Assembly (NCBI GenBank): GCA_012295275.1
Contig: CM022673.1
Location: 25,916,001-25,980,000 of the forward strand
Length of the DNA stretch: 64,000 nucleotides
Origin: Chrysomallon squamiferum
Taxonomy: Eukaryota > Animalia > Mollusca
Direction of reading: 5' to 3'
Below, piece by piece: positions 1 to 11,498 of the stretch. Below the pieces are notes generated by a model. It searched no databases, was not told where the DNA came from, and saw only the letters and a program-made list of their open reading frames with translations. Each line of letters starts with the position of its first letter. Within the stretch, counting starts at the first letter, position 1. The translations under genes were made by a program, and so were the position numbers.

Positions 1-621
1 CCATGATGAGTATTGCTTATATCTGAGGTATTTAGAAAAATCAGTTCAAACACATTTTGTAAAAACACACATGTAACTGTGGTGTTAATTTTTCCATGTC
101 AAATGTCATTTATAATAAAGTAAGCGAATGAAGTGACAAAGCTCAGTTTATGTAAGATGTCATTTCATAAACAGAGATGTTCAAAACTAGAAAACTCTGA
201 GTAAATAACTGCAAAAATAACAGTATAAATCAGTCAGGATTTCCTTTTATGTTTCTATGTTTGACAAAAACATAAAAAGGAAAAAAAAAAATGCCTATTA
301 TCCTTTATTTTTAACAAACAGTTTTAAACAATCACACTGAAAATGTACAAATGTATTTGTTTTCTAAAAAGACACTATTTTAACCCTTCCTACTTAGTTC
401 TCAAATAACCACAACTGTATTATTTACTATAATATAAGTGAATTGAAAGATTTTGATATGTGTCAAATAAATATACATCTTCTTTTAAGCAGAAAGAAAA
501 ACAAACACCTATTTGACTATATTAGACAATACATAGTTAAATGTATTATGATATTGAAAATTATTTTTTTTTTTCACAGAAAAAAAGAAGATTACACAAA
601 AAACAGTGGGTTACTATTTAC

Positions 622-822
622 AATGATGTCAGTAAGGTAGTCTGTCTTGTAGTTATGTCCATGTTTTTCATCTGTTCCATTCACGGACAAATGGTAGTCA
701 TAATATTTCGAGTTACCAACCTGAAATGAATTCATTTAATCATTTATAACAACACATGAACAGAAAAACAGAAAACAGAACTCTATATTTAATTTATGTA
801 TATATTATATTATTTTTTATTT

Positions 823-853
<31 letters not shown>

Positions 854-1371
854 GTTCTTTGTTCCTTGGACATTTTAGATGAGTTCAGTTAAATTATATA
901 AAATAAAAAATATATATATTGGATGTTCTAAAGAAATAAAATGTTTAAATTTGATAGTTGAAACTTTTTTTTACCTGAGTGAGTGTTTCTGTTATTGTTT
1001 AGTGACATTTATTCTGATTCATCTCTTCCTTAAGTATATAGAAATAACAATTTTATTTTTTTATTAATGATATTAAAACAAGAAATACTGAAATATCTGC
1101 TCACCAAGCCAACCCACCAATCCCAGCCACGGGGGACGTGTTCAACACCTCCAGTTTGTTTATTACCATACTGTAACAAATAAACATTAAAATGTACTCA
1201 GTCATTTATTTTATTAATAGTAGTATATAATAACAGAAACATGAGAAGGACTTTTTTTTACTGATGTAAGTATTGATCCAAGGGAGAAAACTCTTTTCTG
1301 AATCTCGAATTACCTCTAACTAATGATATATATATATCAAAAAAAAATGTTGGTAAATTTTTCATAAAAAA

Positions 1372-1421
<50 letters not shown>

Positions 1422-2571
1422 GACAAAAACACTCACACATGCACACCTATATATCTACATTGTCTTTTTTCTTTAATTAATCAGAACCTTGATCTAAAAA
1501 TCTTATTTACACTAGTTTTTTTTTTCTTTCTAATATATCACAGATTCTGACAGGTTACCTGGTTAAGGTATTTCCCAGCAAAGAAGTTGTTGTATCCCTG
1601 TTTCTTCAAGTAAACAGGAAATGCTGAACTCTCCTGTTGATTCTGCCAGTAGACGCTGCTGCAGTTGCCGCTAACAGAATTGTTCACTGCACCGTGGTTG
1701 TGAACGTACTTCCCAGTCAAAATGCTGGAACGACTTGGGCAACACAGTGGACTTGTAACAAACTAAAACACATGACTGTAGTCATTGTTTTTTTTTTTTA
1801 AATGGGTATTAGTCATTTATATATGATTATGTTTATTAAAATTTCTGATAAATTAATATTTGTGGGACGGTTTTCTTTGTTTTTTTGTGTTTTTGGTATT
1901 TGTAAGGTTTTTTTATTTTTTATTATTATTATTATTATTTTTTTTTTTTTTATTTTTTTTTTTTTTTTTAAGGCTGGTTTATTTGGTTGTTTGATTGTTT
2001 TAAATTAAAAAAAAAAAAAAAAGGAAAATAATAATAAAAAAAAAAGAAGATGAAGAAGCAAAACAATTCCCATTTTTATCCTGCTACTAAAAATATCTGA
2101 AATGTTTTCACATATAATCTAATATTATTTTCCCAATGCAGAATAATCCTACCATAAAATTTTCTCTATTTCACCACAATCACATATTTATCTGAATCTG
2201 TGCAAATCATTCACCTTGAAAATTTCAAACACAAGAAGAAGTATTTTCATGTATAAATTAACAGTAATAATAATATTTTATAATGTTAAAATTATTACCA
2301 TTTTATCAAATTGAAAATTTCAAACACAAGAACACTTAATTTCACATATAAATTAACAGCAATAATTATATTTTATAATGTTAAAATTATTACCATTTTA
2401 TCAAATATTATTCCCTGGTCTCCTATTAACTCTCTGGTCCGTTTCATTGGAATCTGAAATGAACAAAAAAATAATAATACAAGTATTGTGTTGTAATACG
2501 TTATTCTGGAAAGGTGTTTGTTAGAGATGCATTTGAAATAAATATAAAATAAAATAAAATAAAATGTGAAA

Positions 2572-2607
<36 letters not shown>

Positions 2608-2626
2608 AATATTAATAATAATAAAA

Positions 2627-2666
<40 letters not shown>

Positions 2667-3136
2667 TTATAAATTAAAACTAAAATAATTAGGATATAAA
2701 AATATTTCAAAAACAACAATTATTTATTTTTAACTTATTTACGAATTTTTTTTATTTTTTTTTAGCATTTTGTTTATTATTATTATTTTACACTGTAACA
2801 GGTACTTTCATCTTTTATTAACAAGATATTCAGTCTAATGTGATGAAAATGTATTTGTAATCTAGATTAATGTTATTTTATTTTTGGTAGTTTTTACAAG
2901 CCGGCGAGCGTGGCATGAGTTATATCCCATGTATTACATTACATCCCAGTCGGCCGATCTTGATATTAACTTAAATTTGATATTTTCAATAAAGGTTTGA
3001 GTACCTGTCCTCCAAGTAACACATCCTGATCATCTGTTAAAATAAACACAATATTTGGTAGTGTGGTTATTATGCTAAAAAGGCTTTGTAAAAATAAAAT
3101 AATAAAAAACAAATAACAGCGTGAAACCTTCGCCAT
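622..3136 (-). CDS. GNS: N-acetylglucosamine-6-sulfatase, 5' exons only (gene continues beyond the left edge of the window)
   Basis: Exons 3005-3136 ([44 protein letters not shown]: signal peptide plus [10 protein letters not shown]), 2394-2453, 1559-1762 ([19 protein letters not shown]: sulfatase CxPxR motif, then FFAGKYLNQ), 1105-1170 ([22 protein letters not shown]) and 622-720 ([15 protein letters not shown]...DYLTDII). All junctions are GT-AG and in phase. The protein and exon pattern resemble vertebrate GNS. Confidence 0.93.
2216..2406. repeat. 95-bp tandem duplication in GNS intron 2 that includes the exon 2 donor site
   Basis: The unit ttgaaaatttcaaacacaagaa...attattaccattttatcaaa starts at 2216 and again at 2311. 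Confidence 0.85.
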
Positions 3137-3855
3137 TTTGTCTAGGTTGTCACATGATAATCACGAGGCAACGTTCATGCTTTAAATTAAATTTATTTTT
3201 AGAATGCTATTAAAGAACAGCGTCTATATGGTTTCGTTTTTGTTTGGGCAGTAATATTAGTATTAATTGAAGTGACGGTACGATAATAATAGTTAAACTA
3301 TTTCAGTAGTAGTAACAAATTGCATTAAATACTTAGATATAGGCTTATTTTACAGTTTTAGGGCAATGTTAATTATAGTACTATTTCACAAGCTAGAACC
3401 ATATAGGCCCTACATATTAGATACATACAGACGTAAAGTAAAATTAATTATATGTTATTAAACACATTTATACTCATACTCATCATAGCCAATTCCGTTT
3501 TGCGTGTGAAATCAAGATCAGTGTCAATAAAAAAGCATAAAAACAAATCATCAGGTTTCAACCAGTTAGGTTTAACTTGCTTTTATTTTAAAACTGTAAA
3601 ACATATACACTATGTCGTTTGCATAGGACTGTCGTGTAGTATACGGTATTTAACTTCATTAAATGTTAAAGACTGATAAAATTAAAATGATGATTATGAA
3701 AAGAAAGCCGACTCAGCTCCTCTTACAACTACTTTTTATTATTAGTTAGCACAAAGAAATATTGTTGTCTTTATTTATTTATTTATTATTATTATTATTA
3801 ATAATTTATTATTTATTTATTTATTATTATTATTAATTTATTATTTATTTATTTA

Positions 3856-3932
<77 letters not shown>

Positions 3933-4416
3933 TATTTTGTTGCGGGCAGAATTCAGTACTAAAATACATCACACCGATTCGTAGTGCCCCAGTCGAACCT
4001 GTCCTAAAAATAGGGCGAAAAATCGGGCTCCGTCACAAAATGACGTAACGGCGCACGTTTAAAGACCTATGTCGTGTTTTGAGCGGTTGATATTTGTATA
4101 TATTATTATGGGCAAATGGTATGGTTATAATAGCTGAATGAATAATATCTGCATGATTTTATCTAATTCGTTTGTTCCAAATATCACACGATTGTATTAT
4201 ATACCAAAATTGCAATCAAAATATGGTGTTGTCTGTTGAAATATTTATCATCAGTAGTAACACGCGTTCTTTCCAAAATGAAAATGACGTCTTGTTAATT
4301 AACGCTGATTACATCGACCACTGTAAATATACATTATAGTTAGTATTGTGCTAGTGGTACATTTAAAAATAATTTACTACTACATTTTTCAGATATAATC
4401 ACCTATTTTTATAATA

Positions 4417-6293
4417 ATGACAAACCCTGCAATACATCAATTCCATCTGGACCGATCTCCTCACTCACTTTTGAAATATCCTATAGAGGAAGAAGAAGAA
4501 GAAGAAGAAGAAGAGGAGGAGCGTTTACTTCCAGAGCCAACGTGTCCATTACGACACAAGGAAGGGAAGTTCCGCAGTCGTACCATAGTTCTGAACATTC
4601 GAGGAGAGTGCTTTGTGACCGACGTCGGAACGCTAAAAAACATACCAGGAACCCGACTCGCTCGGCTTGCACAGGATCCGAATCTTGAAGATCAGCTCGA
4701 TGAAAACGGAGAAATTTTCTTCAATAAGGACCCCGTCATGTTCGGCTACATCATGGATTTGTACAGAAACAACGAGCTGCACATTCCAAAAGATAAATGC
4801 GTCGTGAGCATACAGGAAGATCTCGCTTTCTGGGAGATCGACGAAGTTTTGATATCACTGTGCTGCAAGAAAAGATATTTCCAAGGTCTCAATATGCTGT
4901 ATAAAACAGAATTTATCAAACAGCAGTTAGCTAGTCTAGCAGTTAAGAATAAAACCAAAGAAACCAATTCCGTGAGAAAGAAGAAACTTACGACATTTTT
5001 AAAAGAAGCAAATTCATCTCGTTCAGCTAAGGTAATTTTGCACCAAACTTCTAACAATTCTCTCGGTTCATACCCATTAACACTAATCTTATACGTAAAA
5101 AACAAAACAGTTAATATTTATTTATTTTATTATTATTTTTTAACTGAAAGTGAATATTATGAATATTAAAGCAATATTTAAAAATACTCCAAAATGTATT
5201 TAGAAAACGATGTATTGAACATTGTATTTTTTTTCTTCTTTACTATGGATAAACGACTTCAAAATGTCATTAAATATAATTAATTAATTTACAGATGAAA
5301 CAGAAATCTGATACCATTTTTGAAAGTTCATGTTTAAATTGAATGCATTTCACGGATTAATCAGTTTTCAATTTTTCTAATTTTTTTTATTTTTTATTTT
5401 TTTAAAGTTGTTTTATTATTTATTTATTTTTACCATTTTAGGCATGGTCGTATGCTTTCAACGTCATGTTGTTTTTGTCCATCGGAGTGATATACTGCAG
5501 CACTCACACGATCTTCCGTGTGCAAGGACACACTGTCAACACCAGCAACTCCGATATCCGACCGACATTTTTCACCTTGCGGAACAACCAGGTGGCTTTT
5601 ATTCTCAGCACGGGCGTCAGCACGCTCATTATGGTCTTAGAGCTGATCTGCTGCGTTTTCTTCACCGTGGATCTCGTGCTCGTCCTAGCCAGCTGCACGT
5701 CGTGCAGAGAGGTGCTCAACTTTTCCACGTTCTGCAGTCTCGTTTACCTCGTTCCCGCTTGGATCAACGTCTTCACGCACTTCATGGACAACGTGTCGAA
5801 GATGGACAGCCGCGTGGCCAGTCTGAAGCTGTCTCTGCACATCTGCAGCATCCTCCGAGTGCTGATGCTTCACAGGTACATCCAGATGAACCGCGACATG
5901 CTCCTGCTGTGGTTTGCCCTCAAGTCTAGCTTCAAGGAACTGATTCTGATGGTGGTTCTGGTTCTCAGTGTCGGGGTCATGTCGGCGTCCTTGATGTTTG
6001 CCACTGACCTCTTCGATGATTCGTCCATCGGCTCAATGATGACGGGACTCTGGTGGGCAGTCGTCACCATAACGACGGTCGGATACGGCGATGTAAATCC
6101 GAGGTCGTGGTTAGGCCACCTCGTAGCATGCCTCTGCATTTTGTCAGGAGTGATTACAACCGGGATGGCAATACCACTCATAACCAAGCGTTTCCACATC
6201 TTTTACCAAACTCGTCTGCCGGCCGATATAAACATAGAACTGATGCCAAAGAAACGGAAAATACTACCACGCAAGTGTAAAATATTAACATGA
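4417..6293 (+). CDS. Voltage-gated K+ channel alpha subunit, divergent Shaw/Kv3-like, two coding exons, about 488 aa
   Basis: Exon 4417-5031 (AAG|GTAATT) encodes a T1/BTB domain (IVLNIRGE..TLKNIPGTRLARL, FFNKDP, H-x5-C...CC zinc motif). Exon 5442-6293 (TTTTAG|GCA) is in frame and encodes S1-S6 with the pore GLWWAVVTITTVGYGD. Confidence 0.9.
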
Positions 6294-6323
6294 AAATAGC
6301 AGTTTTTATACTGAAATGAATAA

Positions 6324-6359
<36 letters not shown>

Positions 6360-6446
6360 TAAAAAAGAAAAAGAAAAAAACAACAAACAACAAACAAAAC
6401 CAGTGTATTTAATAAATATAAAATAAATAAACTGAATGTTTAAATC

Positions 6447-6478
<32 letters not shown>

Positions 6479-7045
6479 GGCCACAGATGACAAAAGAAAC
6501 GATTTAAGGTATTTGACAGAATACAGAAAGTCTAATCTTTCTTAAGTGACTACTGTCTTAATGAAACTGAGTTCACGGTATCTAAACACGTTTTATTAGT
6601 AACTGGTTTTGTATGTCCGACTTCGTTTCTTGTTTAACGATCATATTAAGACTGAGCCTCCGAACGTAGGATTTACTACAACCAATCTTCAATTTACACG
6701 AAATCACGTACAACGGCTTACGATAAACGTAACAGTTGCTGGGTGTATGTCGGAAGGCGTATCTTTGTTTCAGTGACCAGTCACATTTCTCACTAGTGAC
6801 TTCTGGCCTTTCTGTTATCGAGTGTGCTCATGTTAACTTATTTGTTCATAATGTTCTGTTAGGCAGTAAAAGCGTAACATGACAAAAAATGTTTTCGTTG
6901 TCTCCCATTGTTTATCTGGAGGAAAAGGTCAAAGAACGTATTTATATGACGGTTGTATGAGTTCAAAAATGCTTATGTGAAAAGAAAACATTATTCTGAA
7001 ACTTAGTAGACTTACAGATACTACAACAACATTGGGAAACACACA

Positions 7046-7101
<56 letters not shown>

Positions 7102-7238
7102 AAACACGTAACGTGACTGGTTATTTTGTTTCCCACTTGTATGTTCATAGTGCTTGTAAAACAGTTTTGAAAGCCATAATAAACAATTTCATTACTTTAT
7201 AAAAATGTACAGTTTACACGTAAAAGATTCGCCACCAG

Positions 7239-7277
<39 letters not shown>

Positions 7278-9065
7278 CATTCAGAAATGCAAATGCGCCA
7301 ACGACTATAATTTTCAGTCACTGTTGAAAGTTACAATAACAAAATGTCTGAATTGACGAATCCAATAAACAAGTCAGGATTGTGTTTGTTTACAACTAAT
7401 AAATTGTGTATGCTCTAATTTTGTGACTAGGAGGTCGTATATATATTTGTGAGTTAATTTTCGTGTTGTCACCAGATAGTCCAAACATAGCACACAATTC
7501 CTTCACCTTAGACTAGTGAAATGAATAAAAAGGTAATCACATTCTTTTTTTTTTTTTTTTTTTTGAAAAAAAAAAAAAAAAAAAAACCGCTTTCCCAAGA
7601 GTCGTAACCAATATTTAAAAGTTTTTGCTGTCCTTGCTTCATCAAGAATATCTGTGTGTGCGTGTGTCCATGTGCATATCTGTACGTATGTTTCTAAGAA
7701 TTGCAAATCTATTCATGTATTGCTGAAATACTGGTATGTAATAACCGACTTCTCGTTCATTTTCACAATTTGTCTGTCTTGAAATGTCATCTATGTACAG
7801 ACTATGACACATGTGTTCTTATTTAGAATGTAACAATATACGTTTTGTTTTTCCTGTCTTTAGCTATGCAATGACAATTTGATTTTCTCGTCGTTTTGTT
7901 AACATGCAGCAAAAAATAAACTTGTTACAAATAGGATCTCGTTAATTTATTAACTAAAGGTGAATGTTGCTCCAGAATCGCAATGGATGTTTTTATAACT
8001 CGTAGCAGTTATAAGTCTAATAATATTAACGAGAATGGATCCATGACATAAGGACAGGGGATTACCATCACTGTTAAGCAGCAGGCCAAAATAACTGGAA
8101 GGTATTGCATCATGTTGCATGCCCTCATTCCGCCGATAAACTAATGTATTTTATTTATTAACCCACGTTTACTGCATTCCAAGAAACGTTACTTTATATC
8201 ATTTGTCAGTGTGGCTTAAACGAATTCTTCTTCTCTCCCTTCATCTTCATTTTTCTTTAAAAAAAAAAATATATATATATATATTTATCGTTTTTCATTT
8301 GAAAAGAAATATTTCAGGAAAAGTCGGGGGCATTTAACAATTACGTGAAAACGAAGTAAATACTTTTACTCCGCATTTGATGCATTTATTTTGATTTAGC
8401 AGTGACTGGGTAGCGAGGGACTGTGATACCAGGATTCTAAACGGAGGGATAACGCATGTCAGACACATTAAGTTAATAAAGTAAACAAATTCGTTTGTTG
8501 TTAAAGTTTATTAATAATGAACGTCTGGCATGATTTACTGTTGTTATTTATTCGTATTATGATTTGACACCGTAAATTTATCACCCTTTGTAAGTATTCT
8601 TTCAAATTCGGTGAAGTAAATACAGCATAAAAAAAAGAAATAACTAATAAGTCAAAATTGTTTTCTTACGTTTTATATCGTTCATTGTTTACTCGTATGT
8701 GGATTTATATTTATTACATGCCGTTACATATATTCAGCTATATATCTATATTGACGTATATTATTACCTGGAGCTATTAAATTTACCACAACATTATACT
8801 CACGGAATAAAGAACATTTTCTCGGGGTTATTGCACTGAAATGTTTTGGCTTCATCATTTTCTCACGTAGAATTGTGACGACTGGTACAACCAAAGACAA
8901 TATCTTAGTTTAACTTATGTTTAAACATTCCCAGTTCGCGTGAAATAAATAACAGATCTTTTCAAAATCATTAACAACACATCTCAGTAGATTCTTCTTC
9001 TTTCTTCTTCTCTTTCTTCTTACTGTTGTTGTTGTTGTTATTTTTGGTCTTGATGCTGCTTTTAC

Positions 9066-9096
<31 letters not shown>

Positions 9097-9560
9097 GTTA
9101 TTATTATTTTATCTTTACTAATGTAAGATTTTGTATAATTTAGGGCTTGCTGTAGCTTTATTCTGTTGGGGAATGGATAAGAATACGAGAGACGTCTAAT
9201 GAATGGAAACAATCTTCAAACGATTGAATTAATATCGTTTTGATTTTAACAAACTGTCAAAAACTGTAAATTGAAATTGCTCATTAAATTTCCGATAATT
9301 TATAATTAATTTAGTTATTAATAATTATCAGGTGTTTAATTACTTGAAATGATAGAAAAAATATCTATGCATGCCCGCCATTGTTCTCTCTGCTGTTCGA
9401 TGTTTTTCCTTCATTTCATTTTCGTGCAACCGCTTTTGTTGTTACGTCATTATCTTCTGCTAGTCCGAGAGACCTGTTTGTGTTCGATGTTTATCAATTT
9501 TATTTTCATTGTGTCTTGTTTTAGATGATTATCTTAGAAATATCGAAACTGTTATCGTTA

Positions 9561-9593
<33 letters not shown>

Positions 9594-9977
9594 TGGAAAT
9601 CCTTAATTTTATTAATTAATCTTGCTTTTAAAAATATTGTAAAATTATTTGCGTCAGCTGTTGTTGTTTTTTTTTTTCTTTTCAGTTCTCTGAAGGAGCA
9701 TGTGTGTAGTTTGGTTGTTTTCTGAGAATCGACTGATCTCAGGAGATATCCTCGTTTTTCTCATCAAACTATGTTCATTTTCTGTCACTAACGATAGCAA
9801 GATATTTTAAATGTTATAAATTCATTCACTCATTAATTTGCTAATAAATTTGTCTGGCTGTCCATATGATCAACTATTCTAAAAGACTTTCACCGTTAAA
9901 TAGAAAAAGTAAGGGAAATATTTTGCTTTTTCGTTACATCATTTATTCTTATTATTAATCGTTTGTTAACTAAATCT

Positions 9978-10025
<48 letters not shown>

Positions 10026-11325
10026 ACCTATCTCTTTATAGACAGGTTAAAACCTTTCTGCTTCTATTAAAGAATTTTCTCAAATTCACACGCCCGTGCC
10101 TCGTGTTACAAAACTTATCTAGCCTCCAGTTACAACCAGCCTGGGGCGTCCAGGTTACGTTTACTTCACGCTTGCACTTCCTACATCCAACACACTTTGA
10201 CAGATTGACCGGCGAGTGTGAAACAGGTTGCGTTGATTCTTAATAAAGCTGATTAGTATAATGCGTTTTGTTTTAAACAGTTTCACAACACCGAGACCGT
10301 TGTCATTCTAATTAGGCTTCTACATAACAACATCAAAACAACTGCAGTGTAATAATAGCAGCATTAATGCAAGATTTAGACTTGGTGAAGCTGTTTAACC
10401 ATATACGGCTTGAAGGATGTAGTTTATTTTTACTGAATTTTTGTGTTATACTCATGTTTTGAGTCCCTGTCCGTGGATAATGAAGCCAAAAAGCCCATGT
10501 TTAGCTTGTGTTTATATCCGAAGCTGAACACTTGAAGAGGTATGATTAATATAGTGTAATTAGCAGCGTGATGTAGTAGTCTAGTGACAGCAAAGGTATT
10601 TTGGAGTAAATAAAGATCTGGTTAACGGCAGCAGGTGTTAACAGATGTGAGATGTCATAAATTAAACAGAAAACAAGAACAAACTGAAAAGTACGGTATT
10701 ATCCGTAATATATTACTTGAATAATCAAAGAAGAAGAAGAAAAAATATATATAGAATACATGATGAAATCAGTAACGTATCAAATATTTTTATATACTGT
10801 TTGTAGCTATATTCATCTTGGTTAGAATATTACATTCAGTGTACAAGAAACAATAGGGAAAAAACCCCAACATATTTACTGTGGTGGTTTTGCATTTCCT
10901 AATAACAGGCTTATCATTTATACACAGGGAAACGTCACCTTTTCAGCACAATTTCCTACCACATTTACCATAAGGTGATATCTCTCTAAATTTTTTTTTT
11001 TCGACAGTGTTCTTATGGAATGTTTCCTTTAAAAGGAATGTACTTTTTTATTTATTTATTTGTTGTTGTTTTTTTAAATGTATTTCCTAGCATATTTTTT
11101 ATTTTCTGACAAGAGAAATCTTGCCGGCATGATGAATAGTTTTCACAAATCAATTTGGAATATCTTTGTTGACTGCGTAATTTCCCACCCCATTCAGAAA
11201 TATGTTGTTTTTTTTTTTTTTTTTTTTTAAATTAAATGATAGTTAATATAATTAATTACTGATATTTAAACAGTTTTCTAACTTTAATCACTTCTCGTTT
11301 CTGAATGTTTGAGACAGAAAGACAC

Positions 11326-11359
<34 letters not shown>

Positions 11360-11498
11360 TGCATCAAAACGATAGTAATTTGAAACCTCCCATAGTTAAA
11401 GCTAATCAGTTACATACATCTGTCTGGGAGAGAATGTCATTACTCTTTTTTTTTTTGTAAATATTGTTCTCTTTTGCCATTATGCAGATGAGTACTAT

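Noticed and set aside
4486-4521. Poly-Glu tract in the Kv N-terminus as a functional domain
   Set aside because: It is a (GAA)n trinucleotide expansion in a microsatellite-prone genome, with no evidence of function.
5408-6280. Alternative-frame and antisense ORFs over Kv exon 2
   Set aside because: They are frame shadows of the real channel exon.
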